NCBI GenBank assembly: GCA_013239625.1
Contig: MU054212.1
Coordinates: 6,670,270 to 6,734,269 of the forward strand
Source of the DNA: Lama guanicoe
Lineage: Eukaryota
Direction of reading: 5' to 3'
DNA length: 64,000 nucleotides
This document shows, piece after piece, positions 49,976-63,169 of the stretch (its first letter is position 1; every line of letters starts with the position of its first letter). Under the pieces are notes generated by a model. That model saw only the letters and a list, made by a program, of their open reading frames with translations, was not told the DNA's origin and did not search any database. A program made the position numbers and the translations under genes.

Positions 49976-52364
49976 TCATTATCATGATGAGTGGTAGTAT
50001 GAGTACAATCGGAATCTGTCTGACCCATACAAGAGATTTTGTTGTGTTTGAAAAGCAATAGATTCGCCACAGAAGTCCTCGTGTTCGGTGGAAGTAGCCA
50101 TTTTATTACTGCCTCATCTTTTAAAAAGTCCTCTTGGCTTCAAGCACAATTTCTCTCTCAAATCTATTTTTATATGGGGCTCTCACCATGTGAGTGTTAG
50201 TAGAACACACTTTGATGGCATTTGTAAGAGCACAGCTTACAAAAGACCACCTTAGCCTGCAGGTCACTGATAAAAACAGCTGGAGCTAACATCTGTGCCT
50301 TACAAATCTTTCAAAGTCGTAACAAAAACCGGCCTGATTTCATAACCACAGTGTGAATTTCAACTCAGGAAAGATGCCCGGGAAACCCGATAATCCTGGG
50401 CACATAAGATGAAGGCCTCGTCCTTTAACTCCACGCTGGGAGGCGCCGGTGAAAGGAAATAAAATGTGCACTTGACAATTCCCTAAGTAAGCATGGATTT
50501 CACCGTTCCCGGCTGATGTGATCTGGCGAATGTGTGCCCTTTTAATGATTCTTGCCATTTTCAAATCACAAGTAGGAGTATGTTTGAAATTGATCACTCT
50601 GATTTATAGTCATAAAGGTAGCAGGGTAAGTCAGAAGACCTAAAGCAGGGACTCTCTTTCTAAAATGCATTTCGTCTCTAGTTCCTTTGGCCAGCCTGTA
50701 ATTGCTAATGAGCTCTTCTGCCAGGTATAAATCACATGTCCCCTGACAGGTTTTCCTGTATGAGTTTCCTGAGATGCTTTGGAATCCTGGGGCAGAAAGA
50801 AATTATGTAAATATAAGTTTTTATTACTGTTTTGCTTTTATTACTTTTCTCCTCTGGTTTTTATTGCCTCATATAATACAGGTAAATATGGCGATCACAC
50901 GTTGAGATGGGGGTTTCTCTTCTCATGCCTCTGCTCTCATGCTTTGCATTCAATCCATGTTAATTTAATTATCCATGATTTCTTAGACAAAGAGAGGAAT
51001 GTAGACTCCATGCTGTCTGCAACTACTTCAGTCATTCCTTTACTGCCCGTGACACCATGTGAGACCTGCAGATGCTAAACAATCTCTCCCTGCACCAGCT
51101 CAAACAAAAAATGTTAACCATATGCAACTACAACCTGTTTATCCTTAAGCAATGCAAAGCCATGCAGTGCTGCAGACGGGCAGTGGGGGAGAGCACAGAG
51201 CTGACACTTCACACAGGGTTGTTCTGTGAACTAGCAGAGCCGGAATCACACGAATTTAGGGCAAGGCTAGTTGAGTTGGGCTCCTTTCTTCCACCTTTTC
51301 TTGCTGATAGACAAGGGCTTCTCGGAAATTCTATTCATATGAGTAAAACTGATGAATGGCTGCTTAAATATTAGCCCCCGGATTTCAGACTTAGAGTCTG
51401 AGTTACTTTTGGGGGCTGGGGATTCTGAACGCATAAATACTCTCAGACATGATCAATTAGCTACTGGTAAGAACTGAGACAGTCTCAGGAAAAAGACAAA
51501 GAGTTTTAATTAATGTTAGTTCATATTGAATTTGAATGATAATTTTCTGTAGAACATTCTTTTTCGGTATAGATCCTTTCTTCTCTTCACCTTGGCAGCT
51601 AAGATTTCTTAGTACTTTCTGGGAAAATCCCAGAAGATTATTAAATGCAAGAAATTAAAAGTGCTTTGGGAAATAGAAATAAGAATATAGAAAAAAAGAT
51701 TCAAAATGATATTTGAATATAAAGTTATCATCTCAGTCTCTTTTTTTCTTCAAAATTAGCTTATTTACTCACTTATTTAATATTTCTCCCTCCTTGAATT
51801 GTAAAACAGTATGAGTATGCTAAAGAGTATTTTGGAAAAAGAAAACAACGTTCTTCCAATCCGATGTGCTATTTCCATTTCCCTTTAAGGCTATACAAGT
51901 CTTGCATATTTTCTTTAAGACTTTGTTCCTCTGCAAACTCCTTGTCTTTAATATAACTGTTATCTGAGGGACCCAAACAGATCTGGTAAGACAAGCTTAG
52001 GAAAGTCTTTCTAAATGTCTGGAACAAGGAATCATACAAATATTAAATATGGTGAGTTAGATATCATAATTCTTCCTTTTACTGAAAAACGTTGTACATT
52101 TTCTAGTTAAATCCAGTGTGTATTTGTCATCTGTTTTCAGTTATCCCACATGCTCTCATCCCTACAGATAACAGTGCGTAAGGGCCAACTGAATCTAAAT
52201 TGAATGAACCTATAACTCTGCCCCCCAAACACCTGTATCAAACAGCACTACTGATTCATCACCTGGGGCTCGAACCCTGAGCACAACAGCCAGGTGGAAG
52301 CGAAAATACAAAGAGAAAATACAGTTCTTACTTAGGGTAGAGTATCCTCAACACACACTCCTGG

Positions 52365-52600
52365 GATGTGGTGGCTGGAAGCTCAGTTACAGAGCCAGAT
52401 TACCTGGTTTAGAACACCTGCATCTCCATGCATTAGCACTATGATCTTGCACAAGCTACATCACTTTTCTGAGAATCAGGTTTATAGTCTGTAAAACTAG
52501 GACAAAATTAGGAGCCAATTCATCAGACTGGTGTAAAGACTGAGTCAGTGGATGTACACGTGTCTGGCACGGGCCTGGGCAGGCATATTATTACTGTTGT
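52365..52600 (+). mobile_element. MIR SINE
   Basis: gagccagattacctgg...tctgtaaaact...gtgtctggcac. Confidence 0.7.
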
Positions 52601-52689
52601 TATACTTAGTGTTTCACATTAAGTCACCACGTTCCCAATAGTGTGCAGAGTATTTGATCACAACTAAAATCACACTGCTAGTCATCAAC

Positions 52690-53518
52690 ATGTAAAAAGG
52701 ATTATACAATATGGCCCAATGGAGTTTTACTCAGGAATGCAAGGTTGGCCTAGCATCACAAAATCAATCAGTGTAACACAGCATGTTAGTAGAACAGAGA
52801 CCAAAACTACATGGTTATCTCAATAGATGCAGGAAAAGTATTTGACAAAATCTAATACCCTTTCATGATAAAAACAACCAACTAGCAACAGAAAGGTACT
52901 TCTTCAATCTGAGAGAAGGCATCTAGGAAAAATCCACAGCTAATATCTGTCTGGTAAATGACAGACTGCTTTCATCTAAAATCAAGACTAAGACAAGGAT
53001 GCCTGCTCTCTCCACTTCAATTTGACATTGTACTGGAAATCTGAGACCGGGCAGTTAGGCAAGAACAAGAAATAAAAGGCATACAGATTTTAAAGGAAGA
53101 AGTAAAACTATCTCTGTTCATAGATGACATGATCTTACATGGAAAATTCTAAGGAATCTACCACAGAAATATTAGAACTAATAAATGAGTTCAGCCAGGT
53201 TGCAGGACAAAAGATGACCATACAAAAATCTGTTGTTTTTCTGTATGTTAGCAATGAACAATCTGAAAATGAAATGAAGAAAGCAGTTCCACTCATCACG
53301 GTATCATAAATAATAAAACACTTAGGAATAAATTTAACAAAAGATGTGCTAGATGTGTGTCCTGAAAACTGAAAAATATTGTTGAAAGAAATGAAAGGAG
53401 ACCCAAATGAATGGAAAGGCATCCTATGTTTATGGATTGGAAGACTTAATATTGTTAAGATGGCAATACACCCAAAACTGATCTACAGATTCAACACAAT
53501 CTCCATCAAAATCCCAGC

Positions 53519-53549
<31 letters not shown>

Positions 53550-54585
53550 GCAAAATTTGACAAGTGGACCTTAAGATTCATATGAAAACATAAAGAACAA
53601 AAAACACTTTTGAAAAATGAAGAACAAAATGGGAGGATTCACACTTCCTAAATGCAAACTTACTACAAAAGCTACAGTAACCAAGACAGTGTGGTGCTGG
53701 CATAAAGACAGACATATAGATCAATGGAATGAAATTCAGAGCCCAGAAATAAACCCTAATTATAAAAAGATTTGCATAGATATTTCTTCAAAGAAGAGAT
53801 ATAAGTGGTCAATAAGCACATACAGAAGTGCTCAACACCATTATTCATTAGGGAAATGCAAATAAAATCACAATTAGATGCCACTTCACATCTACTAGAA
53901 TACCTTAGAAAAAGACAATAAAAAGTATTGGTGAGGATGTGGAGAAACTGGAGCCCTTATGCACAGCTGGCACTGTGAAACAGTGCAGCCATTTGGTAAA
54001 CTGTTTGGCATTTTCTTCATACTTTAAACCCTACTGCCATGTCACTCCTTGGAATACACCCAGAGAAATGAAAACTTATGTCTCCAAAAATATTTGTACA
54101 CGAATGTTCATAACAGCATTATTTATAACAGCCAAAACCTAAAATAATCCAAGTGTCCTTCAATTGATGAATAGATAAACAAGATATGCTATAGCCACTC
54201 AATGGAATTATTATTGGTGACAAAAAGGAAAAAGACATTAATCTATGCTACAGCATGGGTGAATCTTGAAAACATTATGCTCAGTGAAAGAAGCCAGACA
54301 CAAAAGGCCAAATGCTGTATGACTCCATTTATATGAAATGTCCAGAAGAGGCAAACTCATAAAGACAGGAGGTAGATTAGAAGTTGCCATCATCTGGGGA
54401 AAGGGAGAAGGAAAAGTGACCAGTAAGCGGAATGGAGTTTCTTTCTGAGATGATAAAAACGTTCCAAAAGTAGAGAGGGATGACAGCTGTACCACTCTGA
54501 ATATACTAACCCTCCCTGAACTGTATACTTTACAGGATGAATTTTATTTTATGTAAATTATATCTCAATAAAGCTGTCATAAAAC
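52690..54585 (+). mobile_element. 5'-truncated L1MB-type element (ORF2 RT region to 3' UTR) with an internal deletion
   Basis: ORF 53379-53585 ([35 protein letters not shown]) and 53617 (KTVWCWHKDRHIDQWN) are L1 ORF2 motifs; 3' end atctcaataaagctg. Confidence 0.92.
53519..53549. repeat. (TTTTG)n tract inside the L1
   Basis: direct read. Confidence 0.9.
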
Positions 54586-55499
54586 AAACAACATCAAAAG
54601 CACTGGGTTATACATTTCCCCTTATTTTTGCCTTCACCCTTCTATTTTATTTTTGCCAAGAGTTTTTGTTCAGTCTGTGGACTCCTGGGGAAATCTCCAG
54701 TGACTACTCCTTAAGAAGAGTGTAACATCCTCCAGTGACTTCATTCCCAAGAGCCAACAGCTTCATGTGGCTTCCGAGATTTATCAAGGCAACCTGTCAA
54801 TGTTACTGCTTATCTTGCTTAATCAAAGATCTAAGGGCAAGTTGAGATTTGCCATATTAGCGGATTTTTTTTTTTTAAACAACCTGCGGTCAGTCAGAGA
54901 AAAAAAATCCAAGAGATCCTTTTTTATTTTTTTTTTGATGGCATGATTTTAGCACAAACACTTCAATGACCTGAACCTCAGTGAGCACAGGTCAGGCTGA
55001 CCAAAGAAGGATATAGTTCCATGGGGGACTTGATGTTATATAGTATTGTATAATCTGGTGGTAACTTGTCCTAGGTCCACACAGCATCTTTCAGCCAGAA
55101 AACCCTAAGCAAGTCTCCTATCAAAATCCTTATTTAAATGATTTTAATATGGCTTTTCAGAAATAAAGAGATTGACATTTATGAAGCTAAAAAAATTAAC
55201 TAGAAGCCTCATAAGAAAAAAGCCCCTGCTATTTTACAGAAGGAGGAGAATATTTCTTCATTTAGACAAGGTAAAATAGTTCCCTGATGCTATGAATTAG
55301 CTCAGATTCAGTAAGTGGACAATCTTTTATATTGTAATCATTAAATTACAGCATATTTTCATTATATTCACTACCTGCAAATAAATGTTTATGAGTAACT
55401 GTTCTGTTAGGCATTATTTAATGTGAAACCAAATCAAAACAACATATTCTCCAATTTGTCATTTGTCAGTAAGGAAGTCTTAGGAAAAAAAATCAGAAA

Positions 55500-57490
55500 A
55501 TGTTTAAAATAAAAAATCACAGATACAGATCAGTGAAGGCTGTTGTGACCAGATTATTTCCTTTCTCTCTAGGTCACTTCTAAAAAGATAACAAAGGGAT
55601 GAAATAGACTCATAAGAGCAAAGATAAAAGGAGAAAAGGTAGCAGCTGAGAAGGGATTTTAATATGTTTGGGAAATGTCATTTGATGGGTCATGAGCATG
55701 AAAAAAGCTAAAACCTAAAGGTCTTGCAGTGGTGGGTAGTAAGAAAAAGGGAGCTGATTTGCATTTTAGAATCTCTAAGAGACCTGGGACTTGGCGTTCC
55801 CAGTCTAGTGCAGAGCATGGTTGAAGATAGTACTGAACATCAGGGGTGGTTAGAAGTATATTAGTATCAGATCCCAGGAGTACCCTCTTACCCAGTAGAG
55901 TCTGCGTCTTTTGCCTTCCCTTTGACCAAGTGGAAGACTGTGAGCCTATTCTCTGAAAAAAGGGGCAGAGGGAGGCTCAGGACTCAGAATATTACTTGCT
56001 AATCAACAATCTTGTCTAAGAACATACGATGCTTAAACATAATTTACTACCTGAATCTTAAGTATAAATAGAAACTGAGACAAGTATAACCCCATTTTTG
56101 ATGAAAATCTAAAAGACAGAGAAACTTATAAATAATACAAAAACATAAACTTGAAAGAAACAGAGGTAATTCTGGGAAAAGAAGAAAATACTAAACATCG
56201 ACCAACTAACCAGTCAACCGCCACCACCACCACAACCACCAAAAAATAAAAATAAAAAACAAAGCTGCCCAGAAAATATTATCAGACATAAAAAAGAGAA
56301 TAATGAAGTAGCTATAAAAATGATGAAATATGTCGAGAAGAAGAGTTCAAGATGAAATTCTGAAAATATCTTCAAAAGAAGGATAAAAAGTTCAAGGATG
56401 GGAAAATTAAAAAAAAAATGTAAAGGGTCACTCCAAAAAGTCTAACATCTAGAAACATGGCAGAAAAAGCAGAGGGGCGTGAGTAATCCAGAAAAAGACA
56501 ACTTCTCTGACCTGAAGAACTTGAGATTCGAGGCCCTCAGCACAACGGAAGGAAATGAAGTGACCCTGCCGGGTAAACCGTGGGGAACGGCAGAGCCCCA
56601 GGGACAGAAAGACTTCCCATTCTTTGCACAGACATAATTTTCAACCCAGGATTCTCTACCCAAATTAGTAATCAAGAGCTTGGACATGGAATAAAGCCAT
56701 TTCTGGTGCATCTCCTGTGTATTTTGTCAAAAAAATTGATTAATTAGTTTTAAGAAAACTACTAAAGTATGTGTTTTGGCAGAACCAAGAAGTAAAAAAT
56801 GAAGAAAAAGAAGACAAGGGCCCAGGGACAAAAATGTACATTTAATGAGGACTGGGAAGTGAAAATCCCAGGATGCTGTCTATGTCACAGGGCTAAAGAG
56901 CAACCAGTCTCAGGATGCAGAAGAAAATCTGAAGCTTCTAGGAAGAAACTTCCCAGAAAAAGAGGTGCAGCAGGGAGAAAGGGGATGCTAGAACTTGAGA
57001 ACTTGAAAAAAAATGTTTTTAACTAGTTATAAATGTATGGTGGTTCCAAAGAGATAGTGGAAAAAGTTACAAATTTGTTTTAAAAATCTATTCAAGTCAA
57101 AGACAAAGACAAAAAAAAATTCAGGAAGGGGTAATCATAAAAGAAAAGAAATGTAATTATAATAATTATGTCACTCTGCAGGGCATGGTAATGCGAACAC
57201 TGATTCTGACTGAACTGTTTTTGGTTGTAATTATATCAAAATGGGAAGAAGCGGCAGGTATCAGAAAGTCAAAAGTGATAGACAGAGACAGAGCAATAAA
57301 CAAATTATTAATAAATATACAGGTCAATACCAAGAGAAGCAGGTAAAAGAGAGAACGTCTGTTTTCAAGAAGAACTGGGAAGGGGGAGGGTAAGTTTCTG
57401 CCAGTTTTATTAAAATTCATTTAGTATTATTATCAGATTAAAGTTTATAACAACATCAGTAGATTTTTGGACACTGCAAAAATAAAAGCT
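55500..57490 (+). mobile_element. HAL1-like / ancient L1M 5' UTR plus ORF1 fossil
   Basis: gacaacttctctgacctgaagaa (about ENFPELK) and tttcaacccaggattctctaccc (FQPRILY) are ORF1 remnants; no ORF2 recognised downstream. Confidence 0.55.
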
Positions 57491-57829
57491 CATAAAAGTT
57501 TAAAAAAGATCATAAAGAACATTTTAATTTGCAAAGCTATATAGAATCACAGTAAAAAAAATTAACAGATTAGACAGATTTTGTTTCAAGCTGACTGTAG
57601 CCTTTTAATTTGATACATGATAAACGGTCTTATTTCCCTGGCTGTACTTAACAGATCTGGGCCACATGAAAGATAGAGAAAAAAAATCTGTATTAACTAA
57701 AGGATGGCCATGATGAAATGTTCTTTTCAAGCCCTACCTCTATGAGAGTATTTTAAAGCCAAGATCATCTCAAACGCTTTGGAGCGCCACCCCCGCCCAA
57801 GTGCTCCCTGTTACCTCAAGGCCCTTGCG

Positions 57830-58250
57830 TCCAGCTACCATCCCTCTCCCTTGCTTACTCTGCTCCACTGACCTCTGCTGCTGCTTGAAAATGCCATGCC
57901 TGTGGCTGCCTCAGGACCTTTGCATTTGCAGGCTCCTTCTGCCTGGAACACTCTTTCCTTAGATACCCATGGGGCTGCCACCTCACCTCATCTACGGGCC
58001 ATTTTTTGTGACCATCGTATTTAAAATCACAAACTCCTACTCTTAGAGCCATTCCTCCTTTCCTGCTTTATTTTCTTTATACTTCACTTACTAATTATTT
58101 TACTAGTTTTTGTTTGCTAATAGTGTCTCCTTTAACTAGAATGTACGCTCCACATGGACAGGTGTTTTTTTGTGTTTCATTTAGTGCTATGTTCCTAGAA
58201 CAGTACCTATCACATAATAGGCGCTCTGTACATATTTGCTGAATGAATGA
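57830..58250 (+). mobile_element. L2a 3' end
   Basis: cctcaggacctttgcatttgc...ctagaatgtacgctcca...atttgctgaatgaatga. Confidence 0.9.
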
Positions 58251-58854
58251 TGGTGAATTTTCCCCTTTCTTATCAAAGAAGAGGCAGTGAAGCAACCACT
58301 CAAGGTTTCTGTTTGGCATCTACGCAACTTAGTATTAAGAGATTTGTGTTTGATTGTCTGAAGAAATTGAAGGGAAAGATATGGAATGTTGCATGGATCT
58401 ATCCCTTTAAAGCTACCACAAAATGGCTTCAATTAAAAATAAAGTTGACAAGTGATTAGTCTACATTTTTTTTTTTAGTTTACATCAGTTTTTTTTTTCA
58501 GTTTTGAGAAAGATGTTACAAAATTGGTTAAGACACTTCAGATTTGGCAAATGCATCGAACAGTAATCATTATACATATGTTACTTTTTTCTATTCCTCT
58601 CTTAAGATACATTGCTGGCAGTTTTTGATTCTTTCTGATTCATGTAAACCAATTTTATAGTTTAAGACATACATGAAATACTGAATCTAACTATAACACT
58701 AAGATTTCTAATTAAAAGTGTCCCCATTAACATTCACTCAGTGTTTGCTTTTTCTTGTTACAGTTAAAAATCTCTGATGTATATATTTTTTTTTACCATT
58801 TACTATATCATGATGGTTAAATAAATACTAGACAAAAATAGTAACACTTCTTTA

Positions 58855-58888
58855 ATTCTTATTTTTTATTGAAGTGTAGTCAATTAAC
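58855..58888 (-). mobile_element. Ultra-short (34 bp) L1 3'-terminus insertion with 19-bp TSD
   Basis: ttttttattgaagtgtagtcaattaac flanked by aaatagtaacacttcttta (58836-58854) and aaacagtaacatttcttta (58889-58907). Confidence 0.75.
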
Positions 58889-58939
58889 AAACAGTAACAT
58901 TTCTTTATGGGGATGTAACACATATCACATTGATAATGT

Positions 58940-59200
58940 TACTATGGTTTTCCTAGTACTGCATGTGCTATACAACTTCAAATCTAATACAACATAACAG
59001 AAAAGTCATAGAGATGATAAGGACACTTATTAGGTCCCTCCTTGGAAGTCCAGAGATTGGGAGGAGCCCTCAGGGTTGGGTCAGAGAGTCCTTAGAGTCT
59101 AGACTCCTTCCAACTTTCTGCTCCACCATTCTTAGCATAAAATGCTTTTCTCATGAAGATAACAGATTCAAAGCTAGCACCAGTACACTGTCACTCCCTT
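58940..59200 (-). mobile_element. MaLR LTR fragment (MLT1J/K-like)
   Basis: gaagtccagag...ctccttccaactttctgctccaccattcttagca. Confidence 0.55.
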
Positions 59201-59374
59201 TCAGCTTTGTGAGAAGTTGCTGCTGTCCCATGTAGGTCCGTCCTGATCAGAGTTGGGCCTGGAGATGCAGCCCTCCCAGGTACTTCTGGGTGAGCACCCC
59301 TAGGTGGGGATGCACAAAGAGGCAGTGCACGCAGAGGCGGGGACCAGCGTGGTGGTCAGTCTGCCAGTGCTTGA

Positions 59375-59530
59375 CTACCGGACATTCCGCTCGTTAACCG
59401 TGATCTCTTGAGTAATTAACTTCTTCGTGTCTCAGGTTCCTTATTTGTAAAGAAAGCTAAGAGAACCTTGCTCACATTTTAAGTGTTTAGAGCCATGTCT
59501 GGCATATGGTAAGTGCTCAATAAGGGTGAG
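59375..59530 (+). mobile_element. MIR fragment
   Basis: gtgtctcaggttccttatttgtaaa...gtctggcatatggtaagtgctcaataa. Confidence 0.75.
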
Positions 59531-60868
59531 CTCTCCTTATTATTTCCCATTTATGACAGATCTCCCAAGTTCAGTATCAAACAGAGAACTGGCCATTATC
59601 TGGACAATACAGACCCAATCATTACTTCCTCAATTATTTGGGAGTTCGTAGGAATTAGGCATTTCATTTGTTTAATTCTTCTGGGTAATACAATACACCT
59701 TGTCATCGACTTAGTAATGAGGTTGAAATTATGGTATAAAGATTAACAGGTATCTGGTAGACAAAGGGATTGAGGTTACCATTCTAAGAGACACCTAATG
59801 ACACCATCAGGCAGTCAGACACTGTTCAGTCCTACTACAAAGTCATGATATGTGTCGCTCCCATGGACAGAGTATCTCTGCAGGAAATTTTATATTGTTT
59901 GTTGTTTCATGCAATACCTGATTACATTTCTTGCATGTATGAAGATGTGTGTTTGAATATTCACATGAAAGTAGAAACAAAAAGAGAAAATAACAGATTT
60001 TAAGACAAAGATTATTGCTGTTACAGGCTTTATCAGTAAAAGATCTGGAGAGAATACAGCAGGCTGACATATTTATACAAAACCTACAGAGTGATGGATT
60101 TTTTTAGAGGCACTCCGGATCAAAGCAGGTTTGTCTTTTAATTTTTTTTTTCTTTTTAAAATCCTGCACGTGCTATTCTTGTCCCTTGGATACAGAAGTG
60201 GGGCTGATTTTACAAATGAGTTTTGCTTCTGTGTTTTTTAAAAGCCACAGAGAAATAAGTCATATTCTCCACAGTTGACACTAGAGCTTTCTTGAGAACA
60301 AACCCACCTGCCTGTCTCTGATGGAGTAACTTTTCAAGTACTTTCTATTCATTATGAAAGTGAAAGATGGTGTTATCATTGCACATAATTATCAGGGTCT
60401 CTGCTCCCTCTTTCTGTCAGAAAAGAGAGCATGGTACTCATCTTGCAAGTACCATTTTGGTTTTGATATAAAGAAAAGTTCCTCTTGAAACATTTTGGTA
60501 GACCCTTATATATAATACAGCCTTAAAACCATTCACTTACTGCTGCTGGGAAATCCCCCGAAACCTAAGGCAGTGTGAAAATGGGAAGAAGGTCGTGTTT
60601 TTTGTAGAGCAGGTGGTTGATTGTTTTGGCCACCTTTGTTCTGTGATCATGGAGAGAATGCCCCTCCCCCCACCCCATCACGCCTGAAGATTCTAAGAAA
60701 ACAGTTTCTCATGGGACCGCAGCTACTCAGGCCCTCTTCTTTCTTACAAGATGGATATTAGCAACCTAGAAGGTTGTGAAAGTGTTTGCTTTCATTCTGG
60801 GGCAGAAAGGGGAACAGTCACGCATGGTCTGTGTGTGTGTGTGCCTGTACGTGGAGTCATGCAATATA

Positions 60869-60869
60869 T

Positions 60870-60900
<31 letters not shown>

Positions 60901-60904
60901 CGCG
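60869..60904. repeat. (TG)12(CG)6 compound microsatellite
   Basis: direct read. Confidence 0.95.
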
Positions 60905-63169
60905 CAGAGTGGATACAGAATTTGCCTGGGCCTTTGTTAATCAGCAAATAAGCTGTGCCCATTTCGACATTCTATCAGAATTCTGAAGTTCTGGTTAAAA
61001 ATCTCTCTGCCTGAACATGTCTGTCGGAAATCACTGCCATTGCTATTGCCAGGGGTCATTAAATGTACAGGGAAGGAGGCCGGGCAGAGATGCTCCTCCT
61101 CGCCTTAAATGAGCAAGGGCTAGTGCAGAACACTGGCGGCTGAGCAAGTTATATACAATCCCAGCGACTCCTGTCCCCCTCCTGGGGACTGCGAAATTCT
61201 CTGCCACTGTGAAGCCGCTCAGAAATGAGCCCACAAAGAAGTCCATTGACTTTAACATGAATATGCTTGCATCACACAGAAGACAAGAATAAATCACCTT
61301 ACCAATGTGTCTGGTGTAATTTTCTCGTCTCCTTCCAGGTCCCCCACCCCCACCCCTTTTGTTCTTTGTGGATGTTTTTTTGTTGTTGTTGTCATTGTTG
61401 TCAGCTGCATCTCGGCCAAGTCGCCTTTCTGGGATTTTTCTCAGGGTGACTCGGATGTGAGCTAGGTGCTGCTGCAGTATGAATCTTTTAAAGAAATATT
61501 TAAGACCCTGGTCTAGGAGGAACGGCTCTCCCAGGCATAATTTTTGGTGCTGGTTGCAGCAGGGAGCGTATGCTGGGAGGAAAGTATTATTTTTCTAAAT
61601 GGAAGGTGTCAGATGGTCACGCAATGTGACTGCATGTTCGAGATCACTGCCTCCCATCTGCAATTTGTGACGTGTGAAAGATTCTGCCCAAATGTGCTCA
61701 CCAACTGGAAATCCCCGGCACTTTTTTTTTCCTTATCAGGAGAGACCAAGATAACCAATGGTTTACAGATCAGGGATCCTATCAAATTAATATCACTGTA
61801 GGATAAAATCTGTTTTAAATACAACTCCTAAACTCCAGCAAAGTTAACTAGTACAAACAAGTTCATTCATCTGATTAAGAACGGATGCAGAGGGAACAAC
61901 AAAATGAAATCTGCTTATCACTTTGAAAATGAGGCTGGGTATCCAGGAGGATGCATTTTTCCTTGCTAATGAATGCCGAACATCCCCAGGACTGAAGCAA
62001 AGCCTTTCGGAGTCAGGGTTGGTTTTTTCCCTGGCCTTACATGCCTCTGAGTCTCTTTCCAATTAAACACAGCAGCACTCAGGAAGGACGGACTGTCCAG
62101 CCTTCCCCACATAAGGGTCCATGTTGTGAACTGAACTTGAACCTCTGAGCTCTGTTTATTCTTGGCTAGGCATAATTCCCGGCTTCTAAGATAAAAGCGT
62201 CGTAAAAAGGCTCATAAGGTGCTTCGGACATCAAGCAGCTCAGACAAAACAATATCTTGATGAGTTAAGTGCAAATGAATCAGAAACACAATGGGCTAAA
62301 ATCCCCTCGCTGTGCGGTGGGGGGGCGGCTCAAGGAGACAAGAGCTGGGCTCTGCGGGGAAGCAGCCCTCGGGTTCCATTCCCACCAAATGTTAGGCGAG
62401 GACTTCCTACTTTTGGCCAAAGAGGTGGGTTTCATCTGCTTTGCCGAATTCTCACCCTGATGGACTACGAAAAATCCAGGGTCTTCCTCGTCTGTATCAC
62501 GTGGAGAGGGAGAAAGGACTAGAAGGAAAGACACCCTCAGGTGCGTGCGAAAGCCGTCTTCGTCCCCACGTCAGTTAATATTGTCTATTTTGCATCACAA
62601 AGCTCTTCACAAGCGGTGGCAAAACATAGAGGGATTACAAAGTCAAGAAATGGATCAGTATCACCGTTTCGTGAAGCTGCCGCTGCTGCACGGGCGCCGG
62701 CAGTGCAAAGGGCTGAAATCCTCTGTGCTCAGGCCCCAGGCGGGGCTCAGGGCCGACACTTTCCCCCGGGAGGAGTGCCCTGAACCACACTTCTGGGTCA
62801 GAGAATAGTGGGGTCCGATCGCCACTCACGATCGCCACTCACTGGGGCCCGCCTGGCTCTCTAAAGGGGAGATCCCCGTAGGCCAAGTAACAAAAAAACA
62901 AACGAACAGTGATGTGAAAAAGAATATGACAAAACACATCTGAGTTCGTTGAAGGGAGAGCGTGGGCCTCACAGGAAGCTGGTCCCAATGACATCTCAGT
63001 GAAGTAGGTAACAAAGAACAGGCCTGTGACTGGAGGATGGCCCTCTGCGCTGACTCTCGGGGTTCCTTTATCAGTGGAGCCCTCCCCTCTTCTCTCAGCT
63101 GATCCGAATCCTGCCCATTCTTTAACACTCAGAGCAAACCCATCCTTCTTCATAAAGGCTCCCTCCTTG

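Noticed and set aside
50446..50505. Inverted repeat CGGTGAAA...TTTCACCG as a possible pre-miRNA
   Set aside because: Only an 8-bp outer stem with large internal loops; lacks the continuous duplex a pre-miRNA needs.
54695..54740. Direct repeat CTCCAGTGACT with a 24-bp spacer
   Set aside because: Only two short copies and no recognisable insert; not a CRISPR-like array.
700..62510. Scattered AP-1 (TGASTCA) and CACGTG E-box motifs
   Set aside because: About a dozen of each over 64 kb, unclustered and several inside repeats; not clearly above background.
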